NCBI GenBank assembly: GCA_964487345.1
Contig: CAZAQN010000012.1
Location: 26,822 to 90,821 of the forward strand
Direction of reading: 5' to 3'
From: an uncultured Terracidiphilus sp.
Lineage (GTDB): Bacteria > Acidobacteriota > Terriglobia > Terriglobales > Acidobacteriaceae
Length of the DNA: 64,000 bases
Below the pieces are notes generated by a model. It saw only the letters and a program-made list of their open reading frames with translations, did not search any database and was not told where the DNA came from. Of the stretch, positions 9,364 to 18,051 are shown in pieces. The translations under genes were made by a program, and so were the position numbers. How positions within the stretch are numbered: position 1 is the stretch's first letter; each line of letters opens with the position of its first letter.

Positions 9364-10023
9364 TTAGTTGTCGTTTCGGACTTCCGCCAATCCTTCGTCG
9401 TGCACCAGGATGACATGCAGAAACCGCGGACCGTGGACTCCCTTGATGCGGGTCATCTCAATGTCGGCAGTCGCGCTGGGACCTGAGATATAGGTGGCGA
9501 GCGCAGGCGGCTTGGGGCAACGGGCGAAGTATTCAGGCAATGTTTCGACGATCTGGCTCGTGCGTACCACGCAGAGATGCCAATCCGGAAGCAGGGTGAG
9601 TATGCGGCGCCCTTCGCTGGCGGAGTGGTGAAGCACGATCGTGCCAGAGTCGGCCACTCCCGCAAAACACGCTGTGACGACTCCATCGCAGGCTTCAACT
9701 TCAGCGTGAGTGAGGCCGTGGTCGAGCTTCCAATCAAAGCCGGCGGCGAGCCATTCGACAGGCAGACCGGGCGGGGCGACAAATGTGTGCTTGCCGCTTG
9801 ATTGAAGACGGTCGGCAATGCAGGCGGGAAGATCGTCTGGTGTGCACTCTACGACATCTGCGTCGTATTCTTGCAGGCGCTCGACCATTAAGCTCAAACG
9901 CGCGGCTTCGTCGAGGTTCCCGTGCCGGACGTAGTTGCGCGGCAAGTCAGAATATGGCGCGGCGGAACCTCCACTGATCGCGCGCCGAATGCGATCGAGA
10001 ATCTGTTGTCGAGCGCCGCTCAT
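9364..10023 (-). CDS. lutC: lactate utilization protein C (LutC/YkgG family)
   Basis: 219 aa LUD-domain-like protein. 4-nt overlap with upstream lutB. Operon context lutA-lutB-lutC. Confidence 0.8.
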   Translation of the reverse strand: MSGARQQILDRIRRAISGGSAAPYSDLPRNYVRHGNLDEAARLSLMVERLQEYDADVVECTPDDLPACIADRLQSSGKHTFVAPPGLPVEWLAAGFDWKLDHGLTHAEVEACDGVVTACFAGVADSGTIVLHHSASEGRRILTLLPDWHLCVVRTSQIVETLPEYFARCPKPPALATYISGPSATADIEMTRIKGVHGPRFLHVILVHDEGLAEVRNDN

Positions 10024-11465
10024 ACTTTATCCTTTGGCCGAGCCGCCCACCAATCGCGAAATGTCTGATCCGGCAAGCGACGCAGGTCGCGCGTCATGGT
10101 CCAGCGTGAACCGAGGCTCGGCAGTGCATGGATCCAGCCGTCCTTGTGGGTAAATGGCCGAAGCGCCAAACGGCCCATGCGTTGCGCGAGGCGGAAACGC
10201 CAGGCGCTCGCGAAGATGCTATTCGCGACCCGCATGCCGATGTACATCAGGTCGAAAGCACGGGCTGCTTGTTTGCGCTCCCTATCTACCACCTGAGCGC
10301 GCAGCTCAATGAGCACCTCGGGAATGTTGATTTTTACCGGGCACACTTCGTAGCAGGCCGCGCACAGTGACGATGCGAAGGGTAAAGACTGCGCGTGGTC
10401 CATATGCATTAACTGCGGCGTGAGGATAGCGCCGATGGGGCCGCCATACACAGACCCGTAGGCATGACCGCCGGTTTGACGGTATACCGGGCAGGTGTTC
10501 TGGCATGCCGCGCAGCGGATGCAGCGTAGAGTCTGTCGTTCCGTATGCCGCGCGAGAATCGACGAGCGGCTATTGTCGAGCAGCACAACGTGAAAATTCT
10601 GCGGCCCATCGCCGGGCGTGACGCCGGTCCAGAGAGACGTGTAGGGATTCATGCGCTCGCCAGTTGCGGAGCGCGCCAGCACCTGCAGCATTACTTCGAG
10701 ATCGCGAAAAGTTGGTACGACTTTTTCAATTCCCGAAAGCGCGATGAGAGTGCGTGGGAGAGTGAGGCACATGCGGCCATTGCCTTCAGATTCCACGATG
10801 GTGACGGCGCCGGTTTCGGCCACGAGGAAGTTGGCGCCGCAGATGGCTGCGTCGACACTCAGGAATTTCTTGCGCAGGTACGCTCGCGCGGCGGCGGTCA
10901 GCGCTTCAGGATCGTCGGTCAGATCTGCGAGGCCCATGCGGCGTGCGAAGATTTCGCGCACCTGGCTGCGATTCACGTGAAGGGCGGGAGCAACGATGTG
11001 AGATGGTTCGTCGTCGCCCAGTTGCAGAATCAGTTCGGCTAGATCGGTTTCAACGGCCTTAATTCCAGCAGCCTCGAGAGCTGGATTCAGTTGAATCTCG
11101 GTCGAAGTCATCGTTTTGATCTTGATGGCTTCGGTTGCGCCCTCCTTACGGAGAATTTCAACAGCGATACTGCGGGCTTCCGCTGCATCGGAGGCCCAAT
11201 GAACATGACCACCCGTAGCCGTGCAGCGCTCTTCAAATTCAACCAGATATTGATCTAGATGACCGAGAACGTCGTCCTTGATGGCGGCTGCTGCGGTGCG
11301 CAGCTGCTGCCAATCGGTCTTCTCAGCAACGAGGCGCGCCCGCTTGGCCTGGATCACATCGGTGGCGTGGGCGACATTCTTGCGCAGTTGTGCATTGCGC
11401 AGAATCGGAAGAGCTGCTTGCGGGAACGTCGGTGCCGTCCGCGGATCGAGGTCGACGGGCGTCAT
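10020..11465 (-). CDS. lutB: lactate utilization protein B, 4Fe-4S cluster-binding
   Basis: 481 aa. Ferredoxin-type motifs CIRCAACQNTCP and CAACYEVCP. Overlaps lutA and lutC by 4 nt each. Confidence 0.88.
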   Translation of the reverse strand: MTPVDLDPRTAPTFPQAALPILRNAQLRKNVAHATDVIQAKRARLVAEKTDWQQLRTAAAAIKDDVLGHLDQYLVEFEERCTATGGHVHWASDAAEARSIAVEILRKEGATEAIKIKTMTSTEIQLNPALEAAGIKAVETDLAELILQLGDDEPSHIVAPALHVNRSQVREIFARRMGLADLTDDPEALTAAARAYLRKKFLSVDAAICGANFLVAETGAVTIVESEGNGRMCLTLPRTLIALSGIEKVVPTFRDLEVMLQVLARSATGERMNPYTSLWTGVTPGDGPQNFHVVLLDNSRSSILARHTERQTLRCIRCAACQNTCPVYRQTGGHAYGSVYGGPIGAILTPQLMHMDHAQSLPFASSLCAACYEVCPVKINIPEVLIELRAQVVDRERKQAARAFDLMYIGMRVANSIFASAWRFRLAQRMGRLALRPFTHKDGWIHALPSLGSRWTMTRDLRRLPDQTFRDWWAARPKDKV

Positions 11466-12214
11466 GCGAGGCTCTCCGCGGGAACAGACTGCGTGCTGGC
11501 CAGGATTTGCGCGAGATGGACTGTGCGCACAGGCGCGAATTCACGGTGCGTGGCGCCCCCCAGATGCATCAGGCAGCTGTTATCGAGTGCAGTACAGTAT
11601 TCAGCGCGGGTGGAGAGCACGTCTTGCAGTTTGGTTGACAGCATTGCCGACGACACTTCGGCATTCTTAATGGAAAAGGTGCCTCCAAAGCCACAACAGC
11701 GATCGAGATTATCGAGAGGAATCAGCTCGAGGCCGCGGACTTTGCTCAACAACCGAAATGGCCGGTCGCCGACGTGCAATCCCCGCAGCCCGTGGCAACT
11801 GGCGTGATAGGTGACGCGGTGGGGAAAATAAGCGCCGACATCGTCGACGCCAAGGTGGTCAATCAGGAATTCGCTCAATTCGTAGACGCGGGGCAGCAGG
11901 GACGTGAGCTGTTGGCGCAGCGCATCGTTTCCGAGTTCCTGAAAGAGACCGTGGTATTGATCGCGAATCATAGCGACGCAGGAAGTGGAGGGAATCACGA
12001 CCGCTTCCGCGTCCTGATAAAGGCGCACGAAACGCTTGGCCTGCGAGAAAGCTTCGGCGCGGAAGCCGGTGTTCGCATGCATCTGGCCGCAGCAGGTTTG
12101 ACCAGGATTGAACTCGAGCGTGACGCCAAGCCTCTCGAGAAGGTGCACCACGGCTCGGCCCGTCTCGGGAAAGAGTGTGTCGTTGTAGCAGGTGATGAAG
12201 AGGGACGCCCGCAT
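11462..12214 (-). CDS. lutA: lactate utilization protein A, (Fe-S)-binding CCG-domain oxidoreductase
   Basis: MRASLFITCYNDTLFPETG...GQTCCGQ and ...LDRCCGFGG are CCG-domain motifs typical of LutA/YkgE. Confidence 0.88.
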   Translation of the reverse strand: MRASLFITCYNDTLFPETGRAVVHLLERLGVTLEFNPGQTCCGQMHANTGFRAEAFSQAKRFVRLYQDAEAVVIPSTSCVAMIRDQYHGLFQELGNDALRQQLTSLLPRVYELSEFLIDHLGVDDVGAYFPHRVTYHASCHGLRGLHVGDRPFRLLSKVRGLELIPLDNLDRCCGFGGTFSIKNAEVSSAMLSTKLQDVLSTRAEYCTALDNSCLMHLGGATHREFAPVRTVHLAQILASTQSVPAESLA

Positions 12215-12486
12215 GATTGCTCCTGCCAGTTCAAGCGAAATTTACGGTCTGTGTGCCCCTTTGAGTCTCGCATCGGTTACCGCTTCCCGCTAGTCGTGTC
12301 GGCTTGAGCGCTATGGCTCGATGACACTGCTCCTTGGATTTCGCGAGACCGAATCGGAAAAGGGTATGGTATTCGATAGAAACATCTTTTGTCTATTGCA
12401 ATGGATGTGGGTGCCATTCCCCTCAGCGATTACATCGCTGATCTATTCTCATATGTTGCCGGTGAATAACGGCGGGCTGAAGACTG

Positions 12487-12519
12487 AAAAAAAGAGGGGA
12501 GGGAATGTTCCCCCTCCCC
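12487..12519 (-). terminator. intrinsic terminator downstream of kdpC
   Basis: Minus strand reads GGGGAGGG-GGAACATT-CCCTCCCC followed by TCTTTTTTT, about 25 nt after the kdpC stop. Confidence 0.75.
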
Positions 12520-12545
12520 ATTTCCAGGGAAAGTCAACCGAAGAT

Positions 12546-13166
12546 CTATTTTGCGAGCTTGTCGAGGTCGATATTCAGCGCGAGCACGTTGACCCGCGGT
12601 TCGCCGAGCAGGCCAAGTTGGCGGCCCGCGATGTGCTGCTGGATGAGCTGGCGCACTTGGTTCTCGCTGAGACCGCGGGCCTTCGCGACGCGCGAGGCCT
12701 GATAAAACGCGGCGTCGGGCGTGATGTCTGGGTCAAGCCCCGAACCAGAGGTGGTGACTAGGTCGATCGGGACCGGTTTGCCTGGATTCGCTGCGGTGAG
12801 CTTGTCGATGTCGCCTTGAATTCGCTGCACGAGCTTGGCATTGGACTGCGCGAGATTGGAGCCGCCGGAAGAGGTAGCGTCGTATCCGCTGCCTGCGGCC
12901 GAAGGCCGGGGATGAAAGTAGCGATCGGACGTGAAGCTCTGTGCCAGCAGCTCCGAGCCGATGACCTTGCCGTCTTTCAAAATTAAACTTCCGGCAGCCT
13001 GATGCGGAAAGAGGATGGATGCGATTCCTGTGACCAGCAAAGGGTAGGCGAGCCCGCACAGCACTGTGGCGAGGAGGGTGAAGCGAATTGACGTTCCCCA
13101 GATGGAATGCTTGACTGCCGCGGTTTGCGTGACTGCGACGACCGGTAATGTAGAGGTGGAATGCAT
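12546..13166 (-). CDS. kdpC: potassium-transporting ATPase subunit C
   Basis: KdpC signature (YPLLVTGIASILFPHQAAGSLI...RPSAAG..YDATSSGGSNL...TTSGSGLDPDITP). Start at ATG 13164-13166. Confidence 0.92.
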   Translation of the reverse strand: MHSTSTLPVVAVTQTAAVKHSIWGTSIRFTLLATVLCGLAYPLLVTGIASILFPHQAAGSLILKDGKVIGSELLAQSFTSDRYFHPRPSAAGSGYDATSSGGSNLAQSNAKLVQRIQGDIDKLTAANPGKPVPIDLVTTSGSGLDPDITPDAAFYQASRVAKARGLSENQVRQLIQQHIAGRQLGLLGEPRVNVLALNIDLDKLAK

Positions 13167-13197
13167 TGAGATTCTCCTATCAGGGCACGCAGCGGCT

Positions 13198-15231
13198 CTA
13201 CGCAAGGTGCAAAGCGACGATCAGCATATCGATGGCCTTGATACCGATAAAGGGCACAATGACGCCGCCCACACCGTAAATCAGCAGGTTCTGGCGCAAC
13301 AGGGCTTCGGCGGCCTTTGGCGCGTATTTCACACCCTTAAGCGCGAGCGGGATGAGTGCCACGATAATGATGGCGTTGAAGACGACCGCTGACAGAATTG
13401 CCGACTGCGGCGAGTGAAGATACATGATGTTGAGCGCGTTCAACACTGGGAATGCGCCGGCGAACATGGCGGGAATGATGGCGAAGTACTTCGCCACGTC
13501 GTTAGCGATAGAGAAGGTTGTCAAAGCACCGCGCGTCATCAACAGCTGTTTGCCGATCTCGACGATTTCGATGAGCTTGGTTGGATTCGAATCGAGGTCG
13601 ACCATGTTGCCGGCTTCTTTGGCGGCCTGTGTCCCGGAGTTCATCGCGACGCCCACATCGGCCTGTGCAAGGGCCGGTGCGTCGTTGGTGCCGTCGCCTG
13701 TCATCGCGACCAATTTGCCCTTGCCCTGTTCGCGTTTGATCAGGTCCATTTTATCTTTGGGCTTGGCCTCGGCCAGAAAGTCGTCGACGCCGGCTTCGCG
13801 CGCAATGACCGCCGCGGTCAGCGGGTTGTCGCCGGTGATCATGATGGTGCGAATGCCCATGGCGCGGAGACGCGCGAGACGATCCTTCAATCCGCCTTTG
13901 ACGATGTCCTTCAAATGAATGACGCCGAGCGCGGAGGCATTTTCAGCGACGACGAGAGGAGTTCCGCCAGCCCGCGCGATGTCTTCCACGTTGTCGCGTA
14001 CTTTTTTGGGCAGCGATGAACCTTGATCCTCGAGGAAGCGGGCGATGGCGTCGACGGAGCCCTTGCGAATGCGAACGCCGGGCAGATTCACGCCGCTCAT
14101 GCGCGTTTGCGCGGTGAAAGGAACGAACTCGGCGTGAATGCCTCCGAGGTCACGTCCGCGCAGGTTGTACTTTTCCTTTGCCAGAACGACGATCGATCGG
14201 CCCTCAGGCGTCTCGTCGGATAGAGACGACAATTGAGCCGCATCCGCAAGGCGTTCTTCGGATACATCGGGCGCGGGACGAAACTCGGTTGCCTGCCGGT
14301 TGCCGAGAGTGATGGTGCCGGTTTTGTCGAGCAGCAGGGTGTTGACGTCGCCTGCGGCCTCCACAGCGCGCCCGCTCATGGCAAGCACGTTGTACTGCAC
14401 CAGGCGGTCCATGCCGGCAATGCCGATGGCCGAAAGCAGGCCGCCGATGGTTGTCGGAATCAGGCACACGAGCAGGGACACCAACACAAAGATGGTTTGC
14501 GGCGATTTCGAATAAATGGCGAAGGGTTGCAGAGTGACCACAGCGAGCAGGAATACGATGGTGAGGCCGGAAAGGAGAATGCTTAACGCGATCTCGTTGG
14601 GCGTCTTTTGACGGGTTGCGCCTTCGACTAGAGCGATCATTCGATCCAGGAATGTCTCTCCCGGATTGGAGGTGATTCGGACTTTGATCCAGTCGGAAAG
14701 GACCTTGGTCCCCCCGGTCACGGCCGAGCGATCGCCGCCCGCTTCGCGAATGACAGGAGCGGACTCGCCGGTGATTGCAGATTCGTCAACAGAAGCCACG
14801 CCTTCGATGACTTCGCCATCTCCGGCAATATAACTGCCCGCCTCGACATAAATGAGATCGCCCGCGCGCAGCAGGCCGCTGGCTATGTCTTCAAAGCCGC
14901 CGCTCGCGGTGTATCGCTTGGCAATGGTTTCGCCCTTGGCTTTGCGGAGGGTGTCGGCCTGCGCTTTCCCGCGGCCTTCTGCCATGGCCTCGGCAAAATT
15001 GGCAAACAGGACCGTGAACCAGAGCCAAAGCGTGATCTGAAGATTGAAGCCGAAACCTACGCGGTGGTGGATGGTGTTGTCCACAAGCAATGCCGTTGTG
15101 AGCACGCTGCCGACTTCCACGACAAACATGACCGGATTCTTGACCATCCAGCGCGGATCGAGCTTGCGGACGGAGTCCGCCAGCGCTTGCACCATGATTT
15201 GCGTATTCCAGAGGCTCTTCTTTTCTATCAT
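13198..15231 (-). CDS. kdpB: potassium-transporting ATPase subunit B (P-type ATPase)
   Basis: 677 aa. Phosphorylation motif DKTGTIT and the TGDN / [19 protein letters not shown]-type motifs. Confidence 0.97.
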   Translation of the reverse strand: MIEKKSLWNTQIMVQALADSVRKLDPRWMVKNPVMFVVEVGSVLTTALLVDNTIHHRVGFGFNLQITLWLWFTVLFANFAEAMAEGRGKAQADTLRKAKGETIAKRYTASGGFEDIASGLLRAGDLIYVEAGSYIAGDGEVIEGVASVDESAITGESAPVIREAGGDRSAVTGGTKVLSDWIKVRITSNPGETFLDRMIALVEGATRQKTPNEIALSILLSGLTIVFLLAVVTLQPFAIYSKSPQTIFVLVSLLVCLIPTTIGGLLSAIGIAGMDRLVQYNVLAMSGRAVEAAGDVNTLLLDKTGTITLGNRQATEFRPAPDVSEERLADAAQLSSLSDETPEGRSIVVLAKEKYNLRGRDLGGIHAEFVPFTAQTRMSGVNLPGVRIRKGSVDAIARFLEDQGSSLPKKVRDNVEDIARAGGTPLVVAENASALGVIHLKDIVKGGLKDRLARLRAMGIRTIMITGDNPLTAAVIAREAGVDDFLAEAKPKDKMDLIKREQGKGKLVAMTGDGTNDAPALAQADVGVAMNSGTQAAKEAGNMVDLDSNPTKLIEIVEIGKQLLMTRGALTTFSIANDVAKYFAIIPAMFAGAFPVLNALNIMYLHSPQSAILSAVVFNAIIIVALIPLALKGVKYAPKAAEALLRQNLLIYGVGGVIVPFIGIKAIDMLIVALHLA

Positions 15232-15262
15232 GACAGTTCGTCTCTTCCTTTTCTTCTACGGG

Positions 15263-16984
15263 TTAGAAAAGCTGGCCATGCTGGAGCTGCAGGTGTTCCA
15301 GGATCGGTCCCAGGCACAGCGCCGGGAAGAACGTCAATGCGCCAAGAATGAGTACCACGCTGATGAGCAGCACAGTGAAGAGCGGCGTATTCACCGGGAA
15401 CGTGCCGGGCGAAGGCGGAATACTTTTCTTCATCGCAAGGTTGCCGGCGAGGGCGAGCACGGGAATCATCATCAGGAAGCGGCCGATCAGCATATCCCAA
15501 CCCATCGCGATGTTGTACCACCAGTTGGGGCCGAGGCCCGCGAAGGCTGACCCGTTGTTGCCCGCCGCTGAAGTGAAGGCGTAGAGAATCTCACTGAATC
15601 CATGCGGACCGTTATTGTTTGTCGTGGTAAGTCCAACACTGGGCCAGAGCACGAAGGCTGCGGTGAGCGAAAGGATGACCAGCGGAAAGATGAGCACATA
15701 GAGCATCGCCATTTTCACGTCGTAGGATTCAATCTTCTTGCCAAGGTATTCGGGCGTGCGGCCTACCATAAGGCCGGCGATGAAGACTGCTTGCACAACA
15801 AAGATGAGGATGCCGTAAAGGCCCGCTCCAACCCCGCCGAAGATCACTTCGCCAAGCATGATATTCGTGAGCGGAACCAGGCCGCCTAATGGTGTGAAGC
15901 TGTCATGCATGCCATTGACCGCGCCGCAACTGGCGTCGGTTGTAATGGTGGCGAATAGCGCGCTCTCTGCGATTCCGTTGCGGACTTCCTTGCCCTCCAT
16001 ATTGCCGCCGGGGGCAGTTGCGGTGAGTGTTTGCTGCGCGCCGTGAATAAGCGGGTGGGGGTGAGCTTCGGCCCAGTAGAGGGTGGTGAATCCGGCCGCG
16101 AACAAAAAGAACATGGCTGCGAACACGGCCCAACCGTGTCCGGGTGAACCGGTCATGCGACCGAGCGTGTAAGTGAGACCGGCGGGAATGATGAAGATCG
16201 AGATGATCTGAAGGAAGTTTGAAAATGGAGTGGGATTTTCGTAGGGATGCGCGCTGTTGGCGTTGAAGAATCCGCCGCCATTTGTCCCCAGCATCTTGAT
16301 AGCTTCCTGCGAAGCCACGGGCCCCTGCCCGATGGTCTGCGTCTGACCCTCAAGCGTGTGAGCGACCGTGTAAGCGTGCAGGTTCTGCGGGACACCCTGC
16401 GCGACCAGCAGGAGCGCATAGATCAGCGAAGCGGGCAACAGAACGTAAAGCATCGAACGAGTCGTGTCGACCCAGAAGTTGCCGATGGTCCCGCAACTGG
16501 TCCGCTTGATTCCGCGAATGACTGCGATGGCAACGACGAGTCCCACGGCCGCCGAGAAGAAATTGTGCGTCGCCAGACCGGCCATCTCCGTGAGATAGCT
16601 CATGGTGGATTCGGGCGTGTAGAACTGCCAGTTGGTGTTGGTGGTGAAACTGGCTGCTGTATTCCAGGCCAGATCCGTGCTCACCGCTGCCAAGCCTTGC
16701 GGGTTCCAGGGCAGGAATGCCTGCAGGCGCTCGATGGCATAGGTGAGGAACATGCTGACAGCTGAGAAGCCGAGCATCGCGAATGCGTATTCGCGCCAGT
16801 TCATCTCGTGATCGGCTTTCACGCCGCAGAGCTTGTAGATCAGGCGCTCGATGGGGCGAAGAAGGGGATCGAGCCACGTGCGCTCGCCTTCGAAGACACG
16901 AGCAAGATAAAGGCCTACTGGGCGCACGGTCAGGATGAGGACGATGGAGTAGATGACAAATTGCAGCCAGCCGTTGGCGGTCAT
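15263..16984 (-). CDS. kdpA: potassium-transporting ATPase subunit A
   Basis: 573 aa polytopic protein with KdpA selectivity-filter-like TNGGG/NNGS segments. Its ATG overlaps the kdpF stop (ATGA). Confidence 0.96.
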   Translation of the reverse strand: MTANGWLQFVIYSIVLILTVRPVGLYLARVFEGERTWLDPLLRPIERLIYKLCGVKADHEMNWREYAFAMLGFSAVSMFLTYAIERLQAFLPWNPQGLAAVSTDLAWNTAASFTTNTNWQFYTPESTMSYLTEMAGLATHNFFSAAVGLVVAIAVIRGIKRTSCGTIGNFWVDTTRSMLYVLLPASLIYALLLVAQGVPQNLHAYTVAHTLEGQTQTIGQGPVASQEAIKMLGTNGGGFFNANSAHPYENPTPFSNFLQIISIFIIPAGLTYTLGRMTGSPGHGWAVFAAMFFLFAAGFTTLYWAEAHPHPLIHGAQQTLTATAPGGNMEGKEVRNGIAESALFATITTDASCGAVNGMHDSFTPLGGLVPLTNIMLGEVIFGGVGAGLYGILIFVVQAVFIAGLMVGRTPEYLGKKIESYDVKMAMLYVLIFPLVILSLTAAFVLWPSVGLTTTNNNGPHGFSEILYAFTSAAGNNGSAFAGLGPNWWYNIAMGWDMLIGRFLMMIPVLALAGNLAMKKSIPPSPGTFPVNTPLFTVLLISVVLILGALTFFPALCLGPILEHLQLQHGQLF

Positions 16985-17073
16985 CAGAATTTCTCCGGAT
17001 AGAGCAGGGAAACAGTAAGGTAGGCCAAAAGCAGAATGGAGAGAATGAGTGCAACTGCAGTGATCATGTCCAT
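16984..17073 (-). CDS. kdpF: potassium-transporting ATPase subunit F (29 aa; absent from the ORF track)
   Basis: Manual translation of the minus strand gives MDMITAVALILSILLLAYLTVSLLYPEKF. It is a single TM helix with a KdpF-like ...LxxPExF end. GAGG lies 7 nt upstream, and its TGA overlaps the kdpA ATG. Confidence 0.75.
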   Translation of the reverse strand: MDMITAVALILSILLLAYLTVSLLYPEKF

Positions 17074-17077
17074 TGGG

Positions 17078-17164
17078 CTACCTCAACTTCTGACACGCCT
17101 TGACGTAGAGAAACGCCAAGACAAAGAAAACCGCCGTGAAGAACAACATCGCCAAATCTTGCAT
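17078..17164 (-). CDS. candidate 28-aa hydrophobic mini-protein upstream of kdpF
   Basis: Manual translation gives MQDLAMLFFTAVFFVLAFLYVKACQKLR. Its stop TAG lies 4 nt before the kdpF ATG, and GAGG lies about 13 nt upstream of its ATG. No family recognised. Confidence 0.35.
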   Translation of the reverse strand: MQDLAMLFFTAVFFVLAFLYVKACQKLR

Positions 17165-17316
17165 GGAGGAAACCTCGGTTCCGAGCTGAGATCGCGCACG
17201 ACTGACGTCGTTGGCGGATTTTCTCAGCCCCAAAGGAGATTCTGGATGAGGGCGCGTTGAGGGATTGGAAGGGAGTTATAAAGAAAACATAAAGACGGTC
17301 CGGTTGAGGTCTTTTT

Positions 17317-18018
17317 TCAGCTTTTTTCTTCGTTGCCGACCCAGCCCTCAGGAACGAACCGGTAACCCACCCACGGCTCAGTCTGGATGTACTGGCGACC
17401 GGTTTCGTTCTCGAGCTTCTTGCGAAGTTGACCCACAAAGACGCGCAGGTATTCGGGCTGATAGGCCGATTGCGCACCCCAGACCGAGGTAAGGAGCACG
17501 CGGTGAGTCATGACTTTGCCTGAATTGCGCGCCAGATGCAGCAGCAGTTCGAATTCCTTGGGGGTGAGATGGACAGGCTTGCCTTGCACGGTGACGGAGT
17601 GCGCCGTTTCGTCGACGACAAAGTCCCCTGCTTCGAGGGCAGCGGTTGTGCGTTCGGGTGCACGGCGCAGGTGAGCGCGGACGCGGGCGAGAAGTTCCTG
17701 AATGCTGAACGGCTTGGTCACGTAGTCGTCCGCCCCGGCGTCGAGCGCCTCCACCTTGGAGCGCTCATGATCTCGCACGGACAACACCAGGATCGGAGTC
17801 GTCGATGTGGCGCGGATGGCGCGGCATACTTCCACGCCGCTCATACCCGGCATCATCAGGTCCGTGATCACGAGATCGGGCAGCCACTCGCCAAAAACTC
17901 TCAAGCCCTCTTCGGGGTCGTTCGCAGTGCGTACGTCGAAGCTTTGTGCAGAGAGCGAAACGCGCAGGGCGCGTGTGATTTGCGGTTCATCGTCGATCAC
18001 CAAAATTCTTCCCGGCAT
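17317..18018 (-). CDS. kdpE: OmpR-family response regulator, KdpE-like
   Basis: Receiver domain (ILVIDDE...DLVITDLMMPGMSG...) plus a winged-helix output domain (...TEPWVGYRF). Located directly upstream of kdpFABC. Confidence 0.85.
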   Translation of the reverse strand: MPGRILVIDDEPQITRALRVSLSAQSFDVRTANDPEEGLRVFGEWLPDLVITDLMMPGMSGVEVCRAIRATSTTPILVLSVRDHERSKVEALDAGADDYVTKPFSIQELLARVRAHLRRAPERTTAALEAGDFVVDETAHSVTVQGKPVHLTPKEFELLLHLARNSGKVMTHRVLLTSVWGAQSAYQPEYLRVFVGQLRKKLENETGRQYIQTEPWVGYRFVPEGWVGNEEKS

Positions 18019-18051
18019 ACCCGTTCCTCTTTCAGGGAGAAATTACATCAT

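Noticed and set aside
12321-12761. 146-aa plus-strand ORF between lutA and kdpC
   Set aside because: It runs through the kdp terminator hairpin and then antisense into kdpC. No RBS or motif.
17074-17316. c-di-AMP (ydaO-type) or other riboswitch in the kdp leader
   Set aside because: Only short local hairpins were seen (ACGAC-gtca-GTCGT). The region is too short and lacks the conserved ydaO elements as far as I can recall them. The mini-ORF explanation fits better.
17536-18051. N-terminal 172 codons of the 671-aa kinase ORF
   Set aside because: This part lies entirely antisense to kdpE and has no kinase or KdpD N-terminal motifs. The membrane domain begins right after ATG 18052.
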